This document shows, piece by piece, positions 23,118-42,274 of a stretch of 64,000 nucleotides of DNA (the stretch's first letter is position 1; every line of letters starts with the position of its first letter). This stretch comes from Octopus vulgaris (Eukaryota). The stretch covers positions 9,858,001-9,922,000 of the forward strand of contig CATOCA020000001.1 of NCBI GenBank assembly GCA_951406725.2. Reading direction: 5' to 3'. Below the pieces are notes generated by a model, which saw only the letters and a list, made by a program, of their open reading frames with translations, made no database searches and was not told the origin of the DNA. Position numbers and translations under genes: made by a program.

Positions 23118-24923
23118 GTATAAGGATATGTATATGTATGGTATACATGAAATATATGAAATTAACATGTGTGTGTGTGTGTGTGTGTATATACACATAT
23201 GCAAGTAGTTTCTCCTTTTTACCTGCTGTGAGAACCTGCTACGCCTACAAACACACACACATACATAAATATATACGGGCACACATATAGATGTAACATA
23301 CACACATACACAACTGCTATAACTAATGTCAAGATTTATCATTTGTCCTCGTGATTAAATGCACAACGCCCTGTGTGTAAAGTTCACACCTTATCTCAAT
23401 ATACAACGTGGACAATTCTGGTAATCTCATTATAAATAAGAGTAAACTGAACGGGATTTCTGTATATTTCATCGCACTTCTCGAAGCACGCTGAGCATCC
23501 AATATATTCTTGCGAGACAATCTCTTCAGATTCCAACAGAAAACCGAATTATTTATACAGGTACGTATTATTCTTGTATTTGTTTCAATTAACAAATTAT
23601 TTTCTTTTTTTTTTAAATATCGTTTAACTTTTAGTTAAAACCCTGACAACACAAATCACAATTTTTATATATTTTAAACAAATATAATTGGCACATTTCA
23701 AATATATTTTCTTCTTATAAAAACAATTTTAATGTTTTCATCTTTATTAGGAGGCAAAATAAGTACCAGTTACACACTGGAGTCGATATAATCGACTTAA
23801 TCCGTATGTCTGTCCTTGTTTGTCCCCTCAGTGTTTAGCCCCTTGTGGGTAGTAAAGAAATAGGTATTTCGTTTGCCGTTAGGTTCCGAGTTTAAATTCC
23901 GCCGAGGTCGACTTTGCCTTTCATCCTTTCGCGGTCGATACATTAAGTACCAGTTATGCACTGAGGTCGATATATTCGACTTAATCCGTATGTCTGCCCT
24001 TGTTTGTCCTCTCTGTGTTTAGCCCTTAGTGGGTAGTAAAGAAATAGGTTTTTCCTCTGTTTTTACATTCTGAGTTCAAATTCTGCCGATGTCGATTTTG
24101 CCTTTCCTCCTTTCGGGGTCGATAAATTAAGTACCAGTTACTTACTGGGGTCGATCCAAATGACTACCCCTTCTCCCAAAACTTCTGGCCCTGTGCCTAG
24201 AGTAGAAAAGAATATTTCACTTTTATAAGGAGGCCAGCTGACAGAAAGCTTAGCAGGCCGGAGGAAATGTTTATGTTCTGAGTTCAAATATTGCCAAGTT
24301 CGGCTAGACGTTTGGAAACTGATAAAATTAGTACCAGTTGAACACTGGGCTCGATGTAATCAACTTAGCTCCGCATTGAAACTACTGGCCTTGTGCCAAA
24401 ATTTGAATGAATATTTCATCTTTACAAATAATATGTTGACATCGTAAGACTTAAACAACCTCTTAAGTATAAAAGAATTCTGTTTTTGATATATTCGTAT
24501 TGATAGGCACTGGAGTGGCTGTGTGGTAAGTAGCTTGTTTACCAACCACATGGTTCCGGGTTCAGTTCCACTGCATGGCACCTTGGATAAGTGTCTTCTA
24601 CTATAGCCTCGGCCCGACCAAAGCCTTGTGAGTGGATTTGGTAGACGGAAACTGAAAGAACCCCGTCGTATATATGTATATATATATATATATATATAAA
24701 ATATTATTAGAGACAAAACCACTATTTTGCAAAACAAACAAGGAAAGACTTAATCAATACATATTTATTAAAATTTTATGTATTGATTAAGTCTTTCCTT
24801 GTTTGTTTTGCAAAATAGTGGTTTTGTCTCTAATAATATTTTATAATATTTTATTATAGAATTGGATTTAATCCTAAATCTGATTTTTTCCCTGTAAATT
24901 TGGATTTATTCCCTAATATTTAT

Positions 24924-24968
<45 letters not shown>

Positions 24969-25165
24969 ATGTGTTTGTGTCTGTGTTTGTCCCCCTAGCA
25001 TTGCTTGACAACCGATGCTGGTGTGTTTATGTCCCCGTTACTTAGCGGTTCGGCAAAAGAGACCGATAGAATAAGTACTGGGCTTACAAAAGAATAAGTC
25101 CCGGGATCGAGTTGCCCGATTAAAGGTGGTGCTCCAGCATGGCCGCAGTCAAATGACTGAAACAA

Positions 25166-25216
<51 letters not shown>

Positions 25217-26859
25217 TAAGAGTATATTTATATACTGTTTTTGAAAGAACAATCTAGTTTAGAATTGAACAGATTTAGAAAAATTATTTGTGAGTTCTGT
25301 GGAATTGTCCGCTGGATTCAGAAAGCCAAAGTGATGGTTATTTAAAAGTTTACATTTGTAGATGAGTGAAGTTACGTGGCTTAGTGGTTAATGTATTCGG
25401 CTAACGATCGCAATGGAGACAAAGAGAGAGAGAGAGGGGGAGGAGAAGATTGGAAATGGCAAAGTATGGAGTTATCCTGTATGTGACATGTAACCCAGAG
25501 TAAGTCTTGTTGCTGGGTTTTAAATTCCATTTCACTGTGAGCACTTTTGAATCCATGATTCTTCTTTATTTCCCTAATGTTAACAAGTGTCGATTAATAA
25601 TCCTGAAAGCAGTAAATAGGTTTCCATGCATTAGCTAAGGTCAGTGGTTCAAGCTTGGCATCTTTCTTCTAATGAAGTGCGCCTCTGTTATTCGGAGGTT
25701 GACGGCATCCACGACTCTTTCTAGTATCCTGGTGGAACATTCACTTTGGCGATGTTGACCGTTCGGGAATAAAACACTGTGTTGTTTGGACTGAAAGGAA
25801 TGCTCTTTCACTCTGCGGTGGATCTGTCTCCTCGTTGATCCGACGTATATGGCTTCACAGTGAGGGCGCGTGGCTTAGTGGTTAGGGCATTCGGCTCATG
25901 ATCGTAAGGTTGTGAGTTCGATTCCCGGCGACGCGTTGTGTCCTTGAGCAAGACACTTTATTTCACGTTGCTCCAGTCCACTCAGCTGGCAAAAATGAGT
26001 TGTACTTGTATTTCAAAGGGTCAGCCTTGTCACTCTCTGTGTCACGCTGATTATCCCCGAGAACTACGTTAAGGGTACACGTGTCTGTGGAATGCTCAGC
26101 CATTTGCACGTTAATTTCAAGAGCAAGCTGTTCCGTTGATCGTATCAGCTGGGACCCTCGTCGTCGTAACCGGCGGAGTCTTTTTATGGCTTCACAACAA
26201 CATGTCATCTAGTTGACCACTTTCGATTTTACACACAGAAGTGAGATCTTCTGATGATGTTTTTCAACTTATTTTCCCTCAATGTGAACCCAGTGTTTAT
26301 TTCAATGCCTTCGCTTCTTCCATTTCCTCCCTCTCTTCTTCTTCCCTTTCTCTATAGTCTGCTACAACTGCTGTAGTTTCCCCAGCCACTTCAGGGTTCC
26401 GGTCCCATTGACTCCTGTCTGCTCACTGCCGTTCCTGTCGTTGTGCTTCTGTCGTCTTTGTTGTTGCTGTTATTATGAACACCAGATCATTGGCCATTCT
26501 TAGCATCGGTCCTCATTCTATAGAATGAGGTCCGTATGTTTACATACATAAATAATAATCATCATCGTTTAACGTCTGTTTTCCAACTGGCATGCGTTGG
26601 GCGCTTTGATGGGAACTGGTAAGCCAGAGAGCTGCACCAGGTTCCCATTATCTCTCTTAGCATGGTTTCTGTGACTGGATGCCGATCTTTATGCCAACCA
26701 CTTTTAGGAAAGTACAAGTTGGGTCATCAAGTAATTTCCAAAACAAATATTACAGGACTGACCCCTCACAAACAGTTGTCGGATTATAATACTATACGTT
26801 CTCCCTTTCATTTTCTGTGTCTCTGTATTCTATGTTATATATGTATATTTAGATACATG

Positions 26860-26894
<35 letters not shown>

Positions 26895-27572
26895 ACACAC
26901 ACACAGATATATATATAGAAGCACTCCGTCGGTTACGACGATGAGGGTTCCGGTTGATCCGAATCAACGGAACAGCCTGCTCGTGAAATTAACGTGTAAG
27001 TGGCTGAGCACTCCACAGACACGTGCACCCTTAACGTAGTTCTCTGGGATATTCAGGGTGACACAGAGAGTGACAAGGCCGCCCCCTTGAAATACAGGTA
27101 CAACAGAAACAGGAAGTAAGTGTGAGAGAAAGTTGTGGTGAAAGAGTACAGCAGGGGTCACCACCGTTTTAGGTGTTTTCGCTCAATAAACACTCACGAC
27201 GCCCGGTCTGGGAATCGAAACCGCGAACCTATGACCGTATATATATATACATGCGTATACATCAACATTTGTTTATCAGTATGCAAGTATTTGTATGTAT
27301 GTGAATACATATCTGTATGTATGAATATGTACATTTGTAAGTGTGTGCATGTGTGTAAAAGATGTGTATGTGTGTGTGTGTACGCGTGCGTATGTTATTA
27401 TGTACTTGTTTTTCCTGCATCACGATTTACAACCGGTGCTGGTGCGTTTACATCCCCAAAACCCATCGGTTTGGCACAACCTGCTGGAATAAGTAAGATT
27501 TTTTTTTAAATGTCCTGTGCTCCATTTGTCCAACCCAAACCCTATAATATGTTACCCCGGCATGGCCGCAGT

Positions 27573-27612
<40 letters not shown>

Positions 27613-27645
27613 TTTATATAAATACATGTATTCATGTATGTATAT

Positions 27646-27682
<37 letters not shown>

Positions 27683-29088
27683 TCTATCTATTTATCTATC
27701 TTATTATCTTTATATACATATACACACACACACACGCATACACACACACATATATATATATATATATATGTATGTATATGCACCCATATGTGTGTATGTG
27801 TGCGTGTTTGTGTTACTTTGATATAAACTTCTGTGTGTATGGTTGTTCAACTGCCTATACTGTATATGCGATTATGTGTATATGTTCTTTGAATGAACAC
27901 ACATACACCCGCACACACAGATATGTCTCCATATATGAATGTATATATGTACATATGTGTATGAACTTGCACACACATGTATATATAAATGCACATATAA
28001 CGGTGAGCTGGCAGAAACTTTGGCACGCTGGGCGAAATGCGTAGCCGTATTTCGTCTGCCGCTACCTTCTGAGTTCAAATTCCGCCGAGGTTCAGTTTGC
28101 CTTTCATCCTTTCGGGGTCCATAAATTAAGTACCAGTTACACGCTTGGGTCGATGTAATCGGCTTAATCCGTTTGTCTGTCCTTGTTTGTCCCCTCTATG
28201 TTTAGCCCCTTTTGGGTTATAAAGAAATATGTATATATATATATACACTTATATAGGTGTGTGTAGTAGTAGTTGTAGTAGCAGTAGTAGTGCTGGTTAT
28301 GGTGGTGGTGGTGGTGGTGACATTGCTTGATTAATAAATTCCTCGCAATCCCCAGATTTTAACGATAGGGTACCGAATAAGTTGTGAGGACGGGGTCTTT
28401 CGTGGACATAGTTGCCACAGTAAGAACGGGGTTTGATAAAGTTTAGAGAGTTACTGTGTCTGCTGGCCACAAATGGCTTGTTTGTCAGTGACATGGCCAA
28501 AGCGATGTGCCTCGTGGTAGCAAGTGATGGGCCTTGAATGGAGGGGATCTGCAAAAGTTTGGAAAGAAATGTGGTGACGATGGAAGTGTAATGTTAGTTT
28601 CTATGAATGGTAAAGAACAAATGAGTTGAGAGAAAAAGACATGAGACATAAAAGAAGTTATGTGATATATTCAAGTTTAAGATTAAACCTATGTTATACT
28701 TTGAAAGTCATCTTTGCCATATTACCACCGTTTATTATTTTAGTTTTGAGCACCATAGCATACTTAAAAATAATTTCAAATATAAAACAATTAATATTAA
28801 ATTTGGGTTCGAAGTTTAGCTTTATATTATACACTTAATGAATCACAGGACTAAACTCGCTAAATTATCTTAATGTAATCAACCTGTTTACAACAATATC
28901 TTTATTTCGATCGTCCAAACAAAACCCTTGACATACTTTTTAATCACTAATACCTGGTAACTATTTTTAAATTTCTTCTCATTGTTTAGTTGAAATGATC
29001 TTTGCATTTTCAAGTAGATCATTGCTGATATTATTCTCTTAATCAGTAAAGAAGCTAATTGTTGAAATCGAAAAATAAATATGAAAGT
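20268..29088 (+). repeat. Tandem segmental duplication, copy 2 (~8.82 kb)
   Basis: Starts with CACCAAATGTTGAAACGGAGA, as do copies 1 and 3. Confidence 0.95.
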
Positions 29089-35606
<6,518 letters not shown>

Positions 35607-35682
35607 GAGTCCGCTCTCGTAACCACTGGGCCATTGCACCTCCACACACACACACACACACACAAATACACATATATATATA

Positions 35683-35721
<39 letters not shown>

Positions 35722-35911
35722 TTTTACTCTTTTAATTGTTTCTGTCATTTGAGTGTGGCCATGCTGGAGCACCGCCTTTAGTCGAGTAAATCGACCCCAT
35801 GACTTATTGTTTGTAAGTCCAGTACTTATTCTATCGGTTTTTTGCCGAACCGCTAAGTTACGGGGACGTAAACACACCAGCATCGGTTGTCAAGCAATGC
35901 TAGGGGGACAA

Positions 35912-35944
<33 letters not shown>

Positions 35945-36309
35945 CACATATATACGACGGGCTTCTTTCAGTTTCCGTCTATCAAATCGACTCACAAGGC
36001 TTTGGTCGGCCCGAGGCTATAGTAGAAAACACTTGCCCAAGGTGCCTCGCAGTGAGACTGAACCCGGAACCATGTGGTTCGTAAGCAAGCTACTTAAGAC
36101 ATACCCACTCTTGCGCCTATATATATATAAATATATATGTGTGTGTATGTAAATATATATATTGTGACCCCCTTCGGTCATGAATGACCACGGGATTGCA
36201 CCTACAATGTTACCCTCCGAGGCACAAGTCTGGGCAAGGTTGTTTATGGAAGACCAGCAGTTGCCCATGCATACCAGCCTCTCCTCTCCACGCCACCGAT
36301 GTTATCCTC

Positions 36310-36790
36310 ATTACTCGAAGTCTGCCACAAGGATGTTGATTTTGGTAGTACTTGACATCGCTGAGTCACTACGGATTTACCAGTGGATTAGCTATAGATT
36401 TATAATAATGTGAATGGAGTAAACAGGGATTAACTGTTCCGTTAATCATAATATTTTCTATCCACAGCTGAGTATATAGGACAGGTAATCTATTTCTGGC
36501 GTTTTTAGAGGGGTAGTCTATAGTAGCCTTTATTCTGCTATGGATAGAGTCAGCCATGTGTTGTACAGTTGTCATCATCTATTCTTCATTTAGGAGAGTG
36601 TTCATATTTGTATTACTTTTCACGACAAAGTCAATGTCGTCAACGTTTGGAGAGTACATATTTAAGTGGATGTTACGGGTCACTAGGGACTGCTTAAAAT
36701 GCCTGTCCCATCATACTCTGAAGAGGCTGGCAACATCACCGGCGATCCCTACACCAATAGCACTGCCTTTCATCTGTTTGTCGTCTTATT
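36310..36790 (-). mobile_element. Decayed Penelope-like RT fragment (different family from the Naiad)
   Basis: RQMKGSAIGVGIAGDVASLFRVWWDRHF...NVDDID and ADSIHSRIKATIDYPSKNARNRLPVL...LHSHYYK resemble PLE RT core and thumb motifs. Confidence 0.7.
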
Positions 36791-36899
36791 CTTTCTCGCG
36801 TAAACAGTTCTTTTTTTTCAGTTGGTTTAAATGTGTTCCCACGTTTCACCTTTTACCATTTACGTTATTTTTCCAAAACGTTTACTTATTATAATTTCT

Positions 36900-37680
36900 T
36901 CCCAACTTTTCTCTCCATTTCTGTATATTTAAAAACAAAAACACCTTGTCACCGAGTTTGAAGTATTTTATCTTATTTTCGGTGTTTCCTTCTATTTCCC
37001 CCCACCTTTTCTTCCCGGTAGTAATTTGTCGAGCACTGACCTGACTTTCCTGGCGAACAATAGTTCAGCCGGCGACATACCTGAAGTGGTGTTGGGGTTA
37101 GGTGTTATTCGGTAGACACTTAAGAAATGCGTCAATGCAGTATGAACTAGTATCTCATTCCTAGCTGGGTTTTTTTAGCGTCCTCTTAAACTTGTCTAGA
37201 AAACGTTCCGCTAGTCCATTCGATCTCGGATGGTATGGCCGAGTAGTAATATGCTCCATTGCATGCATTTTGTAAAAGCTTATTAATTCCTTCGATGTCA
37301 ACTATGTTCCGCTTTCAGACACTATATTGTCTGGGGTGCCATATCGCGCAAAATGTTCGTCCAGAAATTGCATTGCCACTTTGGAGGTTGGCTTCCTACA
37401 TTTACATATTTCCGGCCATTTCGTGTAACTGTCCACAGCTAATAGATAATGCCTTCCATTTATCGGTCCTGTACTCTATGTCAGTCTTGGGCCAAGGCTG
37501 AATTTTTATAGGTAGTGCTTTTTGTTGCCAGGGCACAACCCCTGCAGGCCTTCACCAATTTCAATTTCCTGATCCATATTCAACCAGTAAACTTAGCTTC
37601 TCATCAGTGCTTTCATTCTTGCGATTCCTGGATGTCCCTTGTGGAATACTTTTAGCATACAATATTGCAAAGCTGCAACA
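36900..37680 (-). mobile_element. Decayed Ty3/Gypsy integrase fragment
   Basis: HKGHPGIARMKALMRS*VYW, CRGC (HHCC zinc finger) and YHPRSNGLAERF (rve core), with stops and frameshifts. Confidence 0.85.
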
Positions 37681-37799
37681 AATGTGAATAAATATCTAAA
37701 TGGATAAGCATACACATACATGTATGTGTATTTGTGTATACATATACATTTAAATATATGTATATAGATATGTATACATATGCAATGAGTGTATGTATA

Positions 37800-38190
37800 C
37801 ATCTGACAGTTTTCACAAAAGGAAAATAAAACTCCTTATCACATCCAAAAATAAGCGTTTTAAAAATTCAAAACCTGTCAAAACTAGGTTTTGGCTGAGA
37901 GATAAAGGTTTACTGAAATTATCTGCCCTTCACTTCCACTACAGACTCAACACATCTTCAAAGCCTGGTATATGCGTTCCTTACTGTGTCCTTGGAGAGA
38001 TTTTCGAACCCCTCTTTGATCTTGGTCATCAGCTTGGACTTAGCGCTGCAAGAAGAGTGATTGGTATCTTTCTCAATTGCGCCCCTCACATAGTAATCCA
38101 GGGTATTACAATCAGGGGAATTAGAAGACCAGAAATTCGGGCTGGGGCAGTCGTATAAAAATCTCCAACAATCACGTCTGGTTGCTTCCA
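37800..38190 (-). mobile_element. Tc1/mariner-family transposase 3' remnant
   Basis: FWSSNSPDCNTLDYYVRGAIEK matches the WPPNSPDLNPLDY motif. Confidence 0.8.
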
Positions 38191-38699
38191 GTGGTATGAC
38201 GAAGAGATGAATCTTGCTGCCACACATATGACCTTCCAATGGCAATCCTCTCCAGCCAGAGTTTGATCCCAGTCTGCAGCAGTTTCACAAAGCTGTCTGT
38301 GTAGAGCGTAACTCACTACCTGCTCAACGATGTGGCAATGAATTGTGGTGTGGTGCAGACACAATCAGAACTCCTACTATGTCCCTTCCCAGTAGCTACA
38401 GATTCGCAGTCTCATGCGTGTGTCACATCTCACAGCCTTTACAGTATTCACAGAGCATTGAGGATCAGTCACGATGTCGGCATTTTGATATCCACCAAAA
38501 ATTACAATGATAAAGGAAACTCTTTTCAAATATTCAGAAATTTAATCTCCATGGTCTCCAACGCTGTTGACTGTTCACTGATGCATGAAGCTCTTGAGGA
38601 AAAGAAGTAGACTAAACAAATCACCAAATTTGTGTATTTATAATATATACAAGCGCTCACCCGACCTTTGACCCAGTGTGTACTCTACACAAATGTGGC

Positions 38700-38955
38700 C
38701 TCCGTGCCGGTGGCACGTAAAAAGCATCAACCGATCGTGGCCATTGCCTGCCTCCCCTGGCTCCTGTGCTGGCGGCACGTGAAAAGCACCCACTACACTC
38801 ATGGAGTGGTTGGCGTTAGGATGGGCGTCCAGCTGTAGAAACACTGCCAGATCAGACTGGGCCTGGTGCAACCGCCTGGCTTCCCAGACCCCGGTTAAAC
38901 CGTCCAACCCATGCTAGCATGGAAAGCGGGCGTTAAATGATGATGATGATGATGA
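38700..38955 (+). mobile_element. 3' part of a SINE/LINE-tail repeat ending in (GAT)n (related pieces at ~39665-39815 + and ~17725-17860 -)
   Basis: GTGGTTGGCGTT(A/T)GGA(A/T)GGGC(A/G)TCCAGC ... CGTTAA(A/G)TGATGATG shared among the copies. Confidence 0.7.
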
Positions 38956-39819
38956 TATAATCATGTAGTCACATGATCGACTATACTGTCAGATGTTACA
39001 CATCACTGGTCACAATGTGCTTTGCATCGTTTTACGTTTTGAATGATGCCACTCCACTGGTTAGGAAAGCAGGCGAACATTTGGGAAAGGAAGGGCATTG
39101 CAAGAATCAAACCCACGATCTAGCTATTGTGAGGGTAACACCCGAATCACTATGCCATACAGCTACTCACACATGCGCACGAGTATGCACATACATAGAC
39201 TTATATATGTACGTTTATGCATATAAAGCAATCATTTTACACCTTTTCTCCATACTACCATGGGTTGTATGAGTATATTATTGATTCATTCATTTTGGAT
39301 CTGGATCCCCTTCATGTTATTAACCCTTACCAGTTGTTCAAGGGATCACTTATTCCAATGGTTTGTCTATTAACAGGGAAAATGATAATCTAATCGTTCA
39401 TAGCTGAGCAATTTTCAGTAAAAGCAAATGGAAACATACACACACACACTCAAGCAGGTGTGTGCATATATATATGCATACGTACACTCACACAAACACA
39501 CAGACACTTCATTTTGGCAGTTTTTTCACTGGTCCTCAGATTTTGTCAGTGGTGTACGATGGGCTTCTCTCAGATTATCTCTATTTAATCCACTCAGAAG
39601 CCTTGATCAGCCATGGGATTTAGAAGAAGGTACTTGCCCAAGGTGTCATACAGTGGGACAAAACTGGTGGTTGGCGTTTGGAAGGGCATCCAGCAGTAAA
39701 ATACCTAATAAAATAGACAGTAGCCCAGGGTAGTTTTTTTCTACCTGGCCTGCTCCTGTCACCCATCTTACTCATGAATGGATGAAAAGTGGACGTTAAG
39801 TGATGATGGCAATGATATA

Positions 39820-39881
<62 letters not shown>

Positions 39882-40459
39882 GGAAATTTATTAAATAATT
39901 ATGAAATAGTCATAAATATATTTTCAAAAATCTATAAAGTAAGCACTTGTTGATAGTGTCTGATTTGATCTCATCTACTTTGCTAGTGTTTTGACAAAGA
40001 TCAATACAGGAGGTTTTATTGAACAAACTCTGTTTCATTGATTCTTTTACTATATTTCGTATATTTACCTTTCTTTGGAGAATCAGTTTGTCTTTGATAT
40101 AAAGTGCCCTCCACCGTAACTGGGGTATGATCCACAGATTTATAGCTCAACATGTACGCTGCCTCTACGTAGCTGATCAACAGACTGTACATTCCAATAT
40201 TGAGGGTTTAATAGTAACCAGTCAATATGTAATCTAACCTAGAGACACAACACAATGACTGTTTTTAGGTTTATTAGTGTCAAGAAGAACATTCAGCTAT
40301 GAATAATACATTAGATAAACTGAAGTTTACAATATCAATGTTATCTTTTGCAATATTTTAGAACCATCAACTTCTGTTTATTGTTGTTTAATTCATTTTA
40401 TAAGTTTTTTAAAAACTGTTTTGCTTTCTTTCTTTTTTGACTGATTTTATTCAAAAGAC

Positions 40460-40537
40460 ATGGCGAATATCAGACAGAAAATTGTGAATGGTGACATTGA
40501 AGGAGTGGAAAGACTCGTAAAAATGGATCCAACAATA
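40460..40537 (+). CDS. Ankyrin-repeat protein, first coding exon
   Basis: ATG after a pyrimidine tract and AG; MANIRQKIVNGDIEGVERLVKMDPTI; donor GTAAGT, phase 0, in frame with the next exon. Confidence 0.75.
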
Positions 40538-41189
40538 GTAAGTTGTTCTGTTTATTGCCTTCTCAAATTTGACTGTTTATTATTTTATACACAATATGAA
40601 ATGTTTTATACACAATATGAAAAGTAGCCACATATATTTGTCCATGATATTTCATTTCTTTCTTCACCTCTTTTCTCTAATCCTCATCATCGACATTTTT
40701 ATAAATATTTATCCAAACATTGAGACATGGCAGAATTGATGGAATGTGAGTGAGAAAGAAATCCATCAAACACTTCAGTGGGGTGTTCTGGCGGGAAGTA
40801 TTCAGTCCAAGAGATGAGAGACAGATGGAACCGATAAATGGATGGTGACTTTTTAAAGAAGTCCTCTTGCAGGATTATAGAGCAGGGCTTCTCAAAGTGG
40901 TCACTACCACCAATGTGTGGGGACCGTGGGAACATTTTATATTAGTTTATGTATATATGGCGCTCAAAGAATATATAACTGAGTTTGGCAGAAGCCACGT
41001 ATTAAAGGTTGAATGAGTAAAAAAAGCAAAGTGGTGATGCATCAAATATTTACTTATTGTGAGGTGGTGTTATGGTAAGTAGTCACCCACCAGGGTTGCG
41101 AGAAAGGTAAATAAATACACCCTTCCCCCCAACAATGTCTAGGAGTTCCCCAAGCTTTACTTGAATAGGACTGTACATAAGAATAGGAC

Positions 41190-41945
41190 TGTACATGAGG
41201 GCATGCTGGAGGTACGCGTCATACTTGGAGTCGCCAGGGACTTGGCTCTTCTTATTTCCAACAACGGCAGAAAGCAGACACCAGGGAGAGGTGGGTTATG
41301 ACTAAGAAAGCATTGTGGTACCAGGAGGAAGATAAAAGGAAATCAAGAGCTGTGGAGTTGGTATCTCTGAGTGCATGGACTAAATGGGATCTCCCTGAGA
41401 GGAAGCTCACATGGACTGACCTGTGGAGGCTGGAACCTTTGCACAACTCCTTCCTGCATGGAGCGGTGTATGACACACTCCCGACGCCAACAAACCAGCA
41501 CAGATAAGGTTTGAGGGAAGACCAGCTGTGTAGACTTTGTGCGAAAGGGGCACTCTGGCACACATCCTGGCAGGGTGCAGAATAACACTTTCTCAAGGCA
41601 GATACAAATAATTGCTCACACCCTGGAGCAGTAAAGGTGTAAGAAACATCATCACCAAGGGAAGATAACTGCCGCAATTAAGTTCGTGAAAGAGGGACAG
41701 GAACCAGTAAAGCCAGCAAAAGCAATACACAGCTTGCTGCAAGGGTCTCAACAATGGGATATGAAGGTAGACTTGGGAAAGAGATTGCAGTTTCCCCAGG
41801 TTATCCATACAACCCTGAGGTCTGATGTGGTCCTGTGGTCTGTAAAGGCCCAGAAAATTATCATAATTGAACGAACAGTCACGTGGGGAGCGGGTTGTAA
41901 CGAGGCCCATGAACGGAAGTGTGACAGATATAAGAGCTTTCTGCA
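41190..41945 (+). mobile_element. Decayed Hero-like non-LTR retrotransposon C-terminus (zinc knuckle and restriction-like endonuclease)
   Basis: AWTKWDLPERKLTWTDLW...AVYDTLPTPTN, CRLC, and WDMKVDLGKRLQFP...TTLRSDVVLWS...IIIERTVTW...EAHERKCDRY (RPD/ELTVPWE-type RLE motifs), with stops and frameshifts. Confidence 0.82.
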
Positions 41946-42002
41946 GGCTCCATTCACTTTGGTAAATAGATAAAACACATCCTTACAAGTGTTATTAACT
42001 CG

Positions 42003-42060
<58 letters not shown>

Positions 42061-42274
42061 TGTTTGTGTGTGTGTATGCATGTGTATCTATGCTAGTGTG
42101 TGTCTCTAACTGCTAATTGATAACCGATGTTGGTGTATTTGCATCCCTGTTACTTAGCCCTGAAGCAAAAGAGAGCTATAGGTTGGTACTAATTAGACAG
42201 AAAAGGTACCACACATAAAAGACAAAATCGAGGAGAGCCCCAGCATGGCCGCAGTCTCATGACTGAAACAAGTA